Notes: generated from the sequence alone by a model not told the origin. Counted from the first letter of the stretch, positions 29,719 to 40,624 are shown. The stretch: DNA of 64,000 nucleotides from Patescibacteria group bacterium (GCA_041664365.1 JBAYKW010000004.1:11013-75012); one strand, 5' to 3'. Translations and numbers: made by a program.

Positions 29719-30497
29719 TTCTTTTCTTCTTCTGTATTATTTTGGTTCTCGTTATCCATATTCTGGATCGGTTCCGCCTTATCAACCACAGCCTCTACAG
29801 TTTCCGGGCCTTTGACCACATCTTTTGCTTCCACATTTTCAACAACTTCTTTTTTATTCACTTCTTTTATTTCCGGCTGTTTCAAAACCATATCACCATT
29901 GCCATAGATCAAAACCAGATTATTGGTTGCTCCAGGAATTCCGCCCTTTATCGCCAACTGGTTTTTTTCTAAATCCACTGAAACAATCTCCAAATTGCTC
30001 ATTGTTGCTCTTTGGTTACCCATCTGACCGGCCATTCTTTTTCCCTTCAAAACGTGTTCAGGATAGGAGCCGCCGATTGATCCAGGCATGCGCAATTGAT
30101 CTTTATGACCGTGTGTTGCCTGACTGCCATGAAAACCATGCCGTTTAACTCCACCCTGGAATCCCTTACCGATTGAGATTCCTGTAACTTTTATTACATC
30201 CCCTTCCACAAATACATCCGCTAAAATCTGATTACCTCTTTTAAAATTTTCAGTATTATCCACTCTGAATTCACGCAAATGACGAAACATATCCAGATCC
30301 TTACAGTGCCCGATTTCCGGCTTTATTACATTTTTTTTCTTACCAAAACCAACCTGGACTGCATTATAACCGTCTTTCTTTTCCGTTTTGACCTGAACAA
30401 CTGTGCAAGGGCCAGCTTCAACTATGGTAACAGGAATAACCGTTCCATCCTCATGGAATTTTCTCGACATTCCTATTTTTCTTCCAAGTATAAATTT
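29715..30497 (-). CDS. rplC: Ribosomal protein L3 with an acidic C-terminal extension
   Basis: MKFILGRKIGMS.. canonical L3 start; the track ORF extends 19 codons upstream to 30554. Confidence 0.85.
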   Translation of the reverse strand, partial: KFILGRKIGMSRKFHEDGTVIPVTIVEAGPCTVVQVKTEKKDGYNAVQVGFGKKKNVIKPEIGHCKDLDMFRHLREFRVDNTENFKRGNQILADVFVEGDVIKVTGISIGKGFQGGVKRHGFHGSQATHGHKDQLRMPGSIGGSYPEHVLKGKRMAGQMGNQRATMSNLEIVSVDLEKNQLAIKGGIPGATNNLVLIYGNGDMVLKQPEIKEVNKKEVVENVEAKDVVKGPETVEAVVDKAEPIQNMDNENQNNTEEEKK

Positions 30498-30719
30498 CAT
30501 ATTTTTAATAAAAAATCGCGACTTATTAGCCACAATTCGATCACTAGCATCCAAGGCTACGCAATGTGCCCTGATATTCTATATTCTAGTTTTTTTGTGA
30601 TGAATTATGACTCCGTAATAACTTTTTTGAATCTTCAATCGATATCCATGGATCTGTGCCCAGGATCATTACTGACACCCAAACAAGTTATGATTTGTTT
30701 ATTTTAAAGAATTTTTGTT

Positions 30720-31094
30720 TTACATTTTTATTTCTACATCGACACCGGCAGGAAGATTCAAACTCATCAACGTATCGATTGTCTTTGCGGTCGGATCAAT
30801 AATATCGATCAACCGCTTGTGGACTCTCATTTCATATTGTTCACGTGATGTTTTGTGAACAAATGACGATCGATTTACCGTATATTTACTCTTTTCGGTC
30901 GGTAAAGGTACAGGTCCGGATATTTTTGCCCCAGATCTTTCAGCGGTTTCAATTATCGTTCGCGTAGACTGGTCAATAATTTTGCTGTCATACGCTTTGA
31001 TCTTGATTCGAATCCGCTGGACAACCTTGGTTTCGGTATCCTCGCTTGCATCTATTGGATCGTTGTTTTCTGATGTCTTCCGTTCAGTTACCAT
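30720..31094 (-). CDS. rpsJ: Ribosomal protein S10 with an acidic N-terminal extension of about 25 aa
   Basis: ..[17 protein letters not shown].. S10 core. Confidence 0.85.
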   Translation of the reverse strand: MVTERKTSENNDPIDASEDTETKVVQRIRIKIKAYDSKIIDQSTRTIIETAERSGAKISGPVPLPTEKSKYTVNRSSFVHKTSREQYEMRVHKRLIDIIDPTAKTIDTLMSLNLPAGVDVEIKM

Positions 31095-31168
31095 GTGAAA
31101 TATTGTATATTTTAAATTTGCTTTTTAAGACAGATAAAGAGGCCCTCCTTTTACAAGGGCCCCGTTAC

Positions 31169-32359
31169 CTATTTATTTATTTTAGTTACTACTCCAGAAG
31201 CTACAGTATGACCGCCTTCTCGTACTGCAAAGCGTTGTTTTTCCTGCAGTGCGATAGGAACAATCAGTTTGACTCCCAAAGATACTGTATCGCCCGGCAT
31301 AACCATTTCAGTTCCTTCTGGGAATAGTAATTCACCAGTAACATCTGTGGTTCTAATGTAGAATTGCGGTTTGTATCCTTTTGCAAATGGAGTATGACGA
31401 CCACCTTCTTCTTTGCTTAGAACATAAATCTCTGCATCAAATTCAGTATGAGGAGTAATCGTACCTGGTTTAGCCAGTACCTGACCTCTTTCAACATCAT
31501 CTTTCTTGGTTCCACGGAGTAAAATTCCTGCATTATCACCAGCCTGACCCTCATCAAGTTGCTTATTGAACATTTCAATCCCAGTAACCACCGTCTTTGC
31601 TGTATCATGAATTCCGACAATTTCTACTTCATCGTTCAGATTAACCTTTCCTTTTTCAATTCTACCTGTAACTACTGTTCCTCTTCCTTCGATTGAGAAA
31701 ATGTCTTCAATAGGCATAATGAAATCCTGATCGATTGCGCGTTCTGGATTTGGAATATAGCTATCAACGGCATCCAGCAATTCCTGGATTGGTTTGTTTG
31801 CTTCCGCATCATCCGGATTTTCCAGTGCTTTCAGTGCTGAACCCTTGATAATCGGGGTTGCATCACCAGGAAAATCATATTTCTTGAGCAAATCCTTGAT
31901 TTCTTCTTCAACTAAATCGATGAGTTCTTTGTCATCAACTTGGTCAGTTTTATTTAAAAATACAACAATATAAGGCACACCTACCTGCCTGGCAAGTAGA
32001 ATATGCTCACGTGTCTGAGGCATCGGTCCATCAGCGGCAGAAACAACCAAAATTGCACCATCCATCTGAGCTGCACCAGTAATCATATTTTTAATATAAT
32101 CAGCATGTCCCGGACAATCTACGTGCGCATAGTGACGTTTGTCAGTTTCATACTCAACGTGTGATGTTGCAATGGTAATACCACGCGCCTTTTCTTCAGG
32201 TGCGTTATCAATTTGATCTACAGACTTATTTTGAGCAGTTTTTCCCTGCGAAATCAGATATTTCAAAATTGCTGCTGTAAGTGTTGTTTTTCCGTGATCG
32301 ACATGTCCTATTGTACCAATATTGACATGCGGTTTTGATCTATCAAATTTTTCTGCCAT
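31169..32359 (-). CDS. tuf: Elongation factor Tu
   Basis: [22 protein letters not shown] GTPase motifs. Confidence 0.95.
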   Translation of the reverse strand: MAEKFDRSKPHVNIGTIGHVDHGKTTLTAAILKYLISQGKTAQNKSVDQIDNAPEEKARGITIATSHVEYETDKRHYAHVDCPGHADYIKNMITGAAQMDGAILVVSAADGPMPQTREHILLARQVGVPYIVVFLNKTDQVDDKELIDLVEEEIKDLLKKYDFPGDATPIIKGSALKALENPDDAEANKPIQELLDAVDSYIPNPERAIDQDFIMPIEDIFSIEGRGTVVTGRIEKGKVNLNDEVEIVGIHDTAKTVVTGIEMFNKQLDEGQAGDNAGILLRGTKKDDVERGQVLAKPGTITPHTEFDAEIYVLSKEEGGRHTPFAKGYKPQFYIRTTDVTGELLFPEGTEMVMPGDTVSLGVKLIVPIALQEKQRFAVREGGHTVASGVVTKINK

Positions 32360-32442
32360 GTTCTTCGTAATTTAGTTAATTCTTATTTATTTATTATTTA
32401 GCTAAAATTAGTGCTTTTAAACTCTAATCAAAGTAGTCATGA

Positions 32443-32470
32443 TTATATCAGGCAAAAAATATTTTGGCAA
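32443..32470 (-). promoter_or_regulatory. Sigma70-like promoter for tuf
   Basis: Minus strand TTGCCA, 16-nt spacer, TG-n-TATAAT extended -10; about 80 nt upstream of the tuf ATG. Confidence 0.5.
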
Positions 32471-32512
32471 GTCCTGATACGACTTATAAAATATTTTTGC
32501 TTATCTTAGCCA

Positions 32513-32863
32513 TTATTCCAGCACAATCGGTTCTAACTTGAAATTTACCTCAGTAGTTCTCAAAGTCTTAACAATTATCTCCTGTTCAGCCGGCTTATAC
32601 CCTTCTGCAATTACACTGATTGTATAAATATCTGGGGCTACTTTCAGCATTAATGGCGTAGTATTACCGACTTCTTCGCCGTCCAAATAGATAACCGCGT
32701 CAACATCATCTGGCTCTACCGAAATCGCAACAACTATTCTCCCGCGCACAATTACTTCATAAAATGATGATTCCTCAACCGTATTTACCTTATAGATCCA
32801 GATAATCATTACACAAAGCACCGAGGAAGCTACCACTAAGAACCATTTGAAGGCATTGGACAT
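32513..32863 (-). CDS. Small membrane-anchored PEGA-domain protein inserted between fusA and tuf
   Basis: N-terminal TM; ..VIYLDGEEVGNTTP..ISVIAEGYKPAEQEIIV matches the PEGA fold pattern. Confidence 0.5.
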   Translation of the reverse strand: MSNAFKWFLVVASSVLCVMIIWIYKVNTVEESSFYEVIVRGRIVVAISVEPDDVDAVIYLDGEEVGNTTPLMLKVAPDIYTISVIAEGYKPAEQEIIVKTLRTTEVNFKLEPIVLE

Positions 32864-32899
32864 GAAATATGTGCCAAAATAATTAACTATACCCTTATT

Positions 32900-34981
32900 C
32901 TACTTCCTTTCTAAAGAATCTTCAATGATTGTGTTGGCAACATTCTTTGGTACTTCGGAAAAATGGGATAATTCCATTGAATAACTGGCTCTTCCCTGTG
33001 TCGCGGATCTTAAGGTAGTTGCATAACCAAACATTTCAGCTAAAGGCACGTCTGCATCAATAATTTTGATATTCTTCCGATCACGCATTTCCTTGATACT
33101 GGCCCGTTTCGAATTTAAATCTCCGATCACATCACCCATAAAATCTTCCGGTGTAATTACTTCTACTTTCATGATCGGCTCCAGCAATACAGGGTTGGCT
33201 TTTTTTATCGCATCCCGAAGACCCATAGAACCGGCTATTTTAAATGCCGCTTCCGAAGAGTCAACCTCATGATAACTCCCGTCTGTAACAGTTGCACGGA
33301 TATCAACAAGCGGGTAACCGGCTAAAACGCCGTTATCCATCGCCTCTTTCATTCCTTTTTCAATCGCTGGGATATATTCAGAAGGGATGTTTCCGCCTTT
33401 TACCTTATCAACAAATTCAAATCCTTTTCCAGTTTCTAATGGCTCGACTGTCAGTACGCAATGTCCATATTGACCACGACCGCCGGACTGACGAACAAAT
33501 TTTCCTTCACCATTAGCAGTGCTTTTAATAGTTTCCTTGTATGCAACCAAAGGCTTACCAACATTTGCTTCCACTTTAAACTCTCTGCGCATACGATCCA
33601 CAATAACCTCCAGATGCAACTCACCCATTCCGGATATTAATGTCTGGCCGGTTTCTTCTTCCGTTTTAACGCGGAATGTTGGATCTTCTTCTGACAGACT
33701 GGCTAAGGCATGACCCAATTTATCCTGGTCAGCTTTGGTTTTCGGTTCAATCGCTACAGCAATAACCGGTTCCGGGAATACAATTCTCTCCAATATCACA
33801 GGGTTATCAATATCGCATAATGTATCTCCGGTTGTAGTATCTTTTAATCCAACCGCAGCGGCAATATCACCGCTATAGACATCTTTTACTTCTTCTCTGT
33901 TATTTGCGTGCAGTCTGATAATACGGCTGATACGTTCTTTTCTGCCTGTTGTTTGATTCATTACATATGATCCCGACTCTATTTTACCGGAATATACACG
34001 GAAAAAGGTCAGCTTGCCGACAAACGGATCAGATGCAACCTTGAAAGCCAGGGCGGCAAAAGGACCGTCATCATTTGCTCCTCTTGGTATTTGTTCTTCT
34101 GTAACCGGATCTTCTCCCATTACCGGTGGCACATCCAAAGGCGACGGCAGATAATCTACAACCGCATCCAGCAAGAACTGGACGCCTTTATTTTTCAAAG
34201 CCGATCCGACAAAAATAGGCACGATTGCGTTGGCAATTGTTCCTTTCCTTAAAGCTTTTTTCAAATCATCTACTGGAATCTCCTTACCTTCAAGATATAA
34301 ACCCATCAATACATCATCATTTTCAACTATTGCTTCCACTAATTTATTTCGGAACTCCAAAGACTTTTCTTTCATATCATCAGAAATCTCAGTTTCTTCC
34401 CACTCTTTGCCCATATCATCTTTGTAAATGATCGCCTTCATTGTCAGCAGATCGATGATTCCCTTAAAATTTGATTCGGCGCCAATGGGTAATTGGGCCG
34501 GATAGGCATTTTTAGTCAAACGTTCGTGGATTGATGCCAGATCCGAATAAAAGTCAGCGCCGGTTCGATCCATTTTATTAATAAAAGCAATTCTTGGCAC
34601 ATTATATTTATCTGCCTGGTGCCAAACTGTTTCTGACTGCGGTTCTACTCCCGCTACACCGTCGAATACTACTACTCCCCCGTCCAGTACGCGCAGCGAT
34701 CTTTGTACTTCAACGGTAAAATCAATATGACCTGGGGTATCAATAATGTTAATTTGATTTTCCTTCCAAAAACAGGTTGTTGCTGCTGCCGTGATCGTGA
34801 TTCCTCTTTCCTTTTCCTGTTCCATCCAATCCATCTCAGCTTCACCTTCATGGACCTCACCAATTTTATGTTTTTTACCCGTATAATAAAGAATTCGCTC
34901 AGATACGGTAGTTTTTCCGGCATCGATATGAGCGATAATCCCAATATTTCTTGTTTTCTCCAGACTATATTCTCTCGGCAT
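32900..34981 (-). CDS. fusA: Elongation factor G
   Basis: [21 protein letters not shown]; 693 aa. Confidence 0.95.
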   Translation of the reverse strand: MPREYSLEKTRNIGIIAHIDAGKTTVSERILYYTGKKHKIGEVHEGEAEMDWMEQEKERGITITAAATTCFWKENQINIIDTPGHIDFTVEVQRSLRVLDGGVVVFDGVAGVEPQSETVWHQADKYNVPRIAFINKMDRTGADFYSDLASIHERLTKNAYPAQLPIGAESNFKGIIDLLTMKAIIYKDDMGKEWEETEISDDMKEKSLEFRNKLVEAIVENDDVLMGLYLEGKEIPVDDLKKALRKGTIANAIVPIFVGSALKNKGVQFLLDAVVDYLPSPLDVPPVMGEDPVTEEQIPRGANDDGPFAALAFKVASDPFVGKLTFFRVYSGKIESGSYVMNQTTGRKERISRIIRLHANNREEVKDVYSGDIAAAVGLKDTTTGDTLCDIDNPVILERIVFPEPVIAVAIEPKTKADQDKLGHALASLSEEDPTFRVKTEEETGQTLISGMGELHLEVIVDRMRREFKVEANVGKPLVAYKETIKSTANGEGKFVRQSGGRGQYGHCVLTVEPLETGKGFEFVDKVKGGNIPSEYIPAIEKGMKEAMDNGVLAGYPLVDIRATVTDGSYHEVDSSEAAFKIAGSMGLRDAIKKANPVLLEPIMKVEVITPEDFMGDVIGDLNSKRASIKEMRDRKNIKIIDADVPLAEMFGYATTLRSATQGRASYSMELSHFSEVPKNVANTIIEDSLERK

Positions 34982-34987
34982 GTTTTG

Positions 34988-35068
34988 TTAGTAATTAGTT
35001 ATTGGTAACTGGTAAATGGTAATTCATACTCGTTTACTTATTACAATTTACAAATTACGAGTTAATAA
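34988..35068. repeat. Heptad-repeat palindromic intergenic element (copy B), between rpsG and fusA
   Basis: GTAATTAgttattgGTAACTGGTAAATGGTAATTC...ACAAATTACgagtta. Confidence 0.6.
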
Positions 35069-35072
35069 ATCA

Positions 35073-35537
35073 TTAGGCAAAATGGGCAAAAGCTCGATTG
35101 GCATCAGCCATTCTGTGCACATCTTCTTTCTTCTTAATGGCAGTGCCCTGATTTTCCGATGCTTCCATCAATTCCTGAGCCAGTTTTTCTCGCATCGGTT
35201 TGCCTTTGCGGGACTGTGCTGCACCGATTATCCAGCGGAATGCCAGTGCTTGTCGCCTGTCCCCTTTTACTTCGATCGGGATTTGATAATTAGCACCGCC
35301 GATTCTGCGGGATTTGACCTCAACTACCGGAGAAACATTTTTCATTGCCAGATTAAATATTTCCAGCGGGTCTTTTTTTGTTTTCTCGGCAATTATATCA
35401 AAACAATCATATAAAACACGTTCAGCAACTGATTTTTTACCGCGGGTCATTATCAAATTAATAAATTTAGCAATAACAATACTATTATACTTGAGATCTG
35501 GTTGGATTACGCGTTTTGGTGCTTGCTTGCCTCTCAT
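35073..35537 (-). CDS. rpsG: Ribosomal protein S7
   Basis: Operon position; S7 consensus. Confidence 0.9.
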   Translation of the reverse strand: MRGKQAPKRVIQPDLKYNSIVIAKFINLIMTRGKKSVAERVLYDCFDIIAEKTKKDPLEIFNLAMKNVSPVVEVKSRRIGGANYQIPIEVKGDRRQALAFRWIIGAAQSRKGKPMREKLAQELMEASENQGTAIKKKEDVHRMADANRAFAHFA

Positions 35538-35565
35538 TTCAAATTTATTTTAAATATTTTAAAAT

Positions 35566-35991
35566 TTACTTGGTTTTCTTCTCTTTTTTTGCTCCATACA
35601 TACTGCGTCCCTGTTTGCGTCCGTCTACACCCTGAGTGTCATATACTCCTCTGACTACGTGATACCGGACACCGGAAAGGTCTTTTACTCTACCACCCCT
35701 GATCATGACGATGGAGTGTTCCTGAAGATTATGGCCAATTCCCGGTATATATGCTGTCACTTCCATTCCGTTGGAAAGCCTTACCCTGGCAATTTTACGT
35801 AATGCCGAGTTTGGTTTCTTTGGCGTCATCGTAGTAACTTTGATACATATTCCCTGTTTAAAGGGAGAACCTTTACGCAATTCTGTTTTTTTCCTTTTAA
35901 TCGGATTCAAAGTAGTCCCTAACGCAGGGGTTTTTGACTTCTTGGTATGTGATTTTCTAGGTTTTCTAATTAACTGGTTTATTGTCGGCAT
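35566..35991 (-). CDS. rpsL: Ribosomal protein S12
   Basis: [21 protein letters not shown]. Confidence 0.9.
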   Translation of the reverse strand: MPTINQLIRKPRKSHTKKSKTPALGTTLNPIKRKKTELRKGSPFKQGICIKVTTMTPKKPNSALRKIARVRLSNGMEVTAYIPGIGHNLQEHSIVMIRGGRVKDLSGVRYHVVRGVYDTQGVDGRKQGRSMYGAKKEKKTK

Positions 35992-36039
35992 TGTTGAATA
36001 AAAAAAAATAATCTAACTATATGCTATGCCACACGGCTG

Positions 36040-36104
36040 AGTGTAACAAATATATATATGTAAGTCAACTCCGTTAGAGTATATTAATAACCGGGCATGG
36101 TCAA
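36040..36104 (-). promoter_or_regulatory. Candidate promoter(s) upstream of rpsL
   Basis: Minus strand: TTGACC-15-TATACT and TTGACT-17-TACACT. Confidence 0.3.
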
Positions 36105-36134
36105 CCCCTTAAATAATAAGCCCAATATTAGCGA

Positions 36135-36776
36135 TTATGATCCGATGATATTGAAAACCCAATCAGAAATTCCCCCAAAAAGAGAGGAAAATATTGAAAA
36201 ACCGAAGAAATTATCAAATATTATTAATCCCAAAAGAATCATTGGCCCATAGCGCTCAAGCGATTGTTTAAAATTGTCTGCGGAAGGTTTCAGCATCGCG
36301 AATAGCAAATGAGAGCCATCCAACGGCGGGATTGGGATCAGGTTAAAAAGCCCTAAAATCAGGTTGATTTGCACTAAAGCGGCTAAAAATATTACCAATA
36401 GATTATCTTCACTCAGGAATCCGTTAATTATTATTACCCTCAATGCGATACCAAAAAAGATAACTGCGATAAAGTTAACAAAAGGTCCTGCCAGTGAAAT
36501 TAAAGCCGGGCCATATTTCTTGTATTTAAGATTATTCGGGTTAAATCCTACCGGTTTTCCCCATCCAAACCCGGCAACCAGCAACACAATAAACCCGATA
36601 AAATCCAGGTGCGACAAAGGATTAAGGGTTAATCGACCATCATATTTAGGGGTCCGATCACCTTGCAGGGTTGCCGCAAGAGCATGTGAAAACTCATGAA
36701 TTGTGATGCCGAAGATTATCGCCAAAATCCAAGCTAAAAAGAGGGCGGGATTGCTGAAAAGGAGGTTTAAAATCAT
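36135..36776 (-). CDS. Site-2 protease family (M50) membrane metalloprotease
   Basis: HEFSHALAA (HExxH) and NLIPIPPLDGSHLL (LDG motif); multi-TM. Confidence 0.7.
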   Translation of the reverse strand: MILNLLFSNPALFLAWILAIIFGITIHEFSHALAATLQGDRTPKYDGRLTLNPLSHLDFIGFIVLLVAGFGWGKPVGFNPNNLKYKKYGPALISLAGPFVNFIAVIFFGIALRVIIINGFLSEDNLLVIFLAALVQINLILGLFNLIPIPPLDGSHLLFAMLKPSADNFKQSLERYGPMILLGLIIFDNFFGFSIFSSLFGGISDWVFNIIGS

Positions 36777-36853
36777 TTGTATTTGCGTTTATATAACAAT
36801 TATGCTAATCTTGAACGGAAATTTTATATTACTAATTATAACATTATAACCGT

Positions 36854-37030
36854 ATGGCGAAAATCTGTGAAATCTGTGGAAGAGGCGCGCTCACCGCTGC
36901 ATCAAGAAGTCATTCCAATATCTCAACGAAACAAACAAGGTTTTTAAATTTACAGAATGCTGTATATAAAGGTAAAAAAGTGAGAGCCTGCACGCGCTGT
37001 ATAAAAACTCAATCTAAAGTAAAAAGATAG
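36854..37030 (+). CDS. rpmB: Ribosomal protein L28, Cys4 zinc-ribbon form; not in the ORF track (58 aa)
   Basis: Manual translation MAKICEICGRGALTAASRSHSNISTKQTRFLNLQNAVYKGKKVRACTRCIKTQSKVKR; followed by a terminator. Confidence 0.75.
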   Translation: MAKICEICGRGALTAASRSHSNISTKQTRFLNLQNAVYKGKKVRACTRCIKTQSKVKR

Positions 37031-37055
37031 ACTGCGTCATTATCGAATCAAGTAT

Positions 37056-37079
37056 CCCCAAGTAAACTGGGGATTTTTG
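37056..37079 (+). terminator. Rho-independent terminator after rpmB
   Basis: cccca-gtaaac-tgggg then attttt. Confidence 0.6.
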
Positions 37080-37086
37080 ATTTGCT

Positions 37087-39798
37087 CTAAACCGATGTCT
37101 GATTCCGGTTTTTCCGGTTAAAATAAGCTTTTGTCGCTTCAATCAGAATGATTATTACAATACTGGCAATGGCAACCACACCCCAGTCGGACCAGTTTAG
37201 CGGTACAGTTTGCATAATTTTTTGGAAAGGTCCAAAGTAAACGGCGATTAACTGTAAAATAAACCCGACTCCCACGGCAAGCAATAATGACTTATTCGAA
37301 AAAATATTCACACTGAATATCGAACGGCGAGTAGATCGGATACTGAACACATACAGCAATGTACTGATTGCAAATATGGTGAATATTAATGTGCGCGCAT
37401 GCATTACATCCCAGTTATGATCCAGCAAGTACCAGAAAAAAATCAGATTGCCGATACCGGTAATGACACTGATGATTGTCGTAAGAATCTTCATCTCAAA
37501 AGTAAACAGGTTTTGCTTCTTACCAGCCGGCAGATCCTCCATTACTTCTTTTCCTCCCGGCTCCATAGTTAAAGCAATACTAGGAAAACTGTCAGTCACT
37601 AAATTTATCCAAAGAATCTGTGAAGCAACTAATGGCAGAGGAAAATTATCAACAAAGAAAGAGCTGACCGCAATTGATCCTAAAATCAGTAAGATCCCCG
37701 AAAAACTATCTGAAATAAGATAGAGAATAACTTTTTTGATATTATCAAAAATTATTCTCCCCTGCTCTACGGCTGAAACAATTGTCTTAAAGTTATCATC
37801 CAGGATTACCAAATCAGCAGTTTCTTTTGAAACATCAGATCCGGAACCCAGTGCGATTCCAATATCCGCTGCTTTAAGCGCCGGAGCATCGTTTACGCCA
37901 TCACCGGTCATCGCCACCACTTCTCCCCGCTCCTGCCACGCATCGACAATCTGCAATTTGTCTTTTGGTGTCACTCTGGCATATACCGAAATATACTGAA
38001 CTCTTTTCGCCAGCTGCTCGGGACTTATTTTTGCCAGTTCCGATCCTTCCATAATATTTTCCGGATTGCTTCTCAGACCCAGCTCTTTCGCAATGGCCTG
38101 CGCGGTAAGTTTATGATCACCCGTGATCATAACAATTTTAATTCCTGCCTTTTTGCAGAGTTTAATCGTTTCTTTGGCTTCGGGACGCAACGGATCTTTA
38201 ATTCCGACAAAGCCCACAAACACAAACTGGTCCAGATATTTTTTAACCTGCCGGTCATTGTCCAAGTCCTTGATATCATCCGGGACTATAAGATAACCAA
38301 ACGCTAAGATACGCAATCCCTTGCTGCTCATCTCCTCAAATTTCTCTTCAAACTGCTGTTGCAACTCTTCCGTCATTGGTTTAATTAACGGACCACTCTG
38401 GACTTTAGCGCACATTTTGATAATTTTTTCCGGAGCGCCTTTAAGATAAATAATGTTTTTATTTTTATTCTTGTTCTTATGCAACGTCATCATATATTTC
38501 TTGTCAGAATCAAAAGGTATTTCATCCAGGCGTGGTTCATCCTTTTCCAGATATTCGCGATAAAAATCTAGCCGTGCTCCTATCGATAGCAGAGCTTGTT
38601 CGGTCGGATTACCGATCATCTTCCACATTGAAAACTCATCTTCCGGATTTTGTATCACCGCATCGTTGCACAATGTTCCAATTTGAAATAAATATGAAAG
38701 TTCGGCCTGTTCTTTAATATTCCAGTGACTGATATTCTGATGTTCCGCTTCGAGGTCATGATTGAGCGTCACTAATTTGGAAACCCTCATATCCCCCATG
38801 GTCAGCGTGCCGGTTTTATCCGTACAGATAACTGTGGTTGAGCCGAGCGTTTCGGCGGCCACCAGTTTTTTTACTAAAGCTTTTTCTTTTAATATTCTCT
38901 GCATGCCAATTGCCAGTATTGCGGTAACGGCAATCACCAGACCCTCAGGGATAGCTGATACAGCGATTGCTACCGCTGTAGTAAAGATCTGAATAAACGG
39001 TATGCCTTCAAAGTATCCAATAATTATAATGATAACGGCAATTACAGGTACAACCGAACCGACCAGTCGGCTGAATTTATCCATTTTCTTTTGAAACGGG
39101 GTACGCTCTTCCACCGTATCCTTAATCAGCGATGCAATCTTACCAATTTCTGTTTTTATTCCCGTATGCTTGACTACTATTTCCGCCGTTCCCTGGGCTG
39201 CTATCGTACCCAGAAAAACCATATTTTTCTGCTCACCCAGCACTGCCTCTTTTTCTATTGCTTCTGTCTCCTTTTTCACCGAAACCGATTCGCCGGTCAG
39301 ACTCGCCTCATTGGTATAAAAATCTTTTTCAAATATTATCCTTCCGTCTGCGGGGATTTTATCTCCGGATTTAAGTAAAACAATATCACCGGGCACCAGC
39401 TCTTCCGCTTTAACCTCCTTTTCCTGGTTTCCCCTTCTTACCCTGGCATAGAATGTAATCACCTTTTTCAGTTTTTCCATCGCCTTATTTGCTTTGTATT
39501 CCTGTACATACCCGACAACAACATTTACCAGCACTGCCGCCAGAATTACATACATGTCTACAAAATCTTTCAGGAAAAAACTAATCAGGGCTGCGCCTAA
39601 CAGGACATAGACCAGTGAATTTCTAAACTGGGACAAAAATAAAAATATCCGAGAAGCTTTTTTCTCTTCGGGTAGTTTATTTAAACCATTATCACGTAAT
39701 CGATCTTGAGCATCAGTATTTGATAAACCATTTTTGGTTGTCGTCAGTGATACTAAAGCATCTTCGACGGACAAATTGTAAATCTTTTGATCAGCCAT
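37087..39798 (-). CDS. P-type ATPase, type II (Ca2+-ATPase-like)
   Basis: CTDKTGTLT, PEGL, MITGDHKLTA, TGDGVNDAPALK; 903 aa, 10 TM. Confidence 0.8.
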   Translation of the reverse strand: MADQKIYNLSVEDALVSLTTTKNGLSNTDAQDRLRDNGLNKLPEEKKASRIFLFLSQFRNSLVYVLLGAALISFFLKDFVDMYVILAAVLVNVVVGYVQEYKANKAMEKLKKVITFYARVRRGNQEKEVKAEELVPGDIVLLKSGDKIPADGRIIFEKDFYTNEASLTGESVSVKKETEAIEKEAVLGEQKNMVFLGTIAAQGTAEIVVKHTGIKTEIGKIASLIKDTVEERTPFQKKMDKFSRLVGSVVPVIAVIIIIIGYFEGIPFIQIFTTAVAIAVSAIPEGLVIAVTAILAIGMQRILKEKALVKKLVAAETLGSTTVICTDKTGTLTMGDMRVSKLVTLNHDLEAEHQNISHWNIKEQAELSYLFQIGTLCNDAVIQNPEDEFSMWKMIGNPTEQALLSIGARLDFYREYLEKDEPRLDEIPFDSDKKYMMTLHKNKNKNKNIIYLKGAPEKIIKMCAKVQSGPLIKPMTEELQQQFEEKFEEMSSKGLRILAFGYLIVPDDIKDLDNDRQVKKYLDQFVFVGFVGIKDPLRPEAKETIKLCKKAGIKIVMITGDHKLTAQAIAKELGLRSNPENIMEGSELAKISPEQLAKRVQYISVYARVTPKDKLQIVDAWQERGEVVAMTGDGVNDAPALKAADIGIALGSGSDVSKETADLVILDDNFKTIVSAVEQGRIIFDNIKKVILYLISDSFSGILLILGSIAVSSFFVDNFPLPLVASQILWINLVTDSFPSIALTMEPGGKEVMEDLPAGKKQNLFTFEMKILTTIISVITGIGNLIFFWYLLDHNWDVMHARTLIFTIFAISTLLYVFSIRSTRRSIFSVNIFSNKSLLLAVGVGFILQLIAVYFGPFQKIMQTVPLNWSDWGVVAIASIVIIILIEATKAYFNRKNRNQTSV

Positions 39799-39864
39799 AA
39801 TGTTCTTATATCTTTAAATCAACTGGGGTTCTTCTCGTATTATACTTAAGAAACTTTTCTGTTA

Positions 39865-40239
39865 TTAATCAATTTTTTCTTTAACTTTCTTTACTACATC
39901 ATTCAAACGCCAACTTGCTTTGACTAAATATTCACAGTTCGGATCATCTTGCAGCTCGCGCTTTTTCTCTTCATAATCCAGGTTAGTTAAAATTATGACA
40001 GGAACATTTTTTCCCCATTCATCTTTACGTATTTTATCCAATACTTTCAGACCCATTACTTTTGGCATTAATAAATCAAGCAGTATGATATCCGGGCGTT
40101 CTTTAAATGCCAGATCAATCCCCTCCTGACCGTCTTTTGCCGGAATTGCAATATAGCCGGCCTTGATCATTTCTCTGCATAAAATATTCCGCAAATTTTC
40201 TTCATCTTCAACCACAAGCACTTTTTTATTTTCGTTCAT
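39865..40239 (-). CDS. Single-domain response regulator (REC only), paralog 1 of a tandem triplet
   Basis: VLVVEDEE..DLLMPKVMG..; phospho-acceptor Asp in ILLDL; shares the ..DEWGKN.P.IILTNLD.. block with its neighbours. Confidence 0.75.
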   Translation of the reverse strand: MNENKKVLVVEDEENLRNILCREMIKAGYIAIPAKDGQEGIDLAFKERPDIILLDLLMPKVMGLKVLDKIRKDEWGKNVPVIILTNLDYEEKKRELQDDPNCEYLVKASWRLNDVVKKVKEKID

Positions 40240-40243
40240 AGAT

Positions 40244-40624
40244 TTAAATATTAATAATGGTTTTAACTATTTGAACTACATCTTCTAGCTTATGATTAGA
40301 TTTGACCAGATATTCGTCAACTTTTAAATTTACTAATTCATCTTTTTCAGTTTTACTGTCAAGATTAGTCAAGACAATAATATGGGCATTTTTCCCCCAT
40401 GCATCTGCGCGCAATTCCTTACATACTTGTTGTCCGGCCATCTTTGGCATTATCAAATCAAGTATTATCAGATCCGGGTGTCTACTGAGTGCCAAATCCA
40501 GCCCTTGCTTTCCGTCTTTGGCTTCCATTACTTCGCATTTTAAATCATGTACCGCGTTTACAATTACTTTTCTAACTGACTCTTCATCTTCAATGACGAG
40601 TATTTTTTTAAAATTATTTGGCAT
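40244..40624 (-). CDS. Single-domain response regulator (REC only), paralog 2
   Basis: ILVIEDEE..DLIILDLIMPKMAG..DAWGKNAHIIVLTNLD. Confidence 0.75.
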   Translation of the reverse strand: MPNNFKKILVIEDEESVRKVIVNAVHDLKCEVMEAKDGKQGLDLALSRHPDLIILDLIMPKMAGQQVCKELRADAWGKNAHIIVLTNLDSKTEKDELVNLKVDEYLVKSNHKLEDVVQIVKTIINI

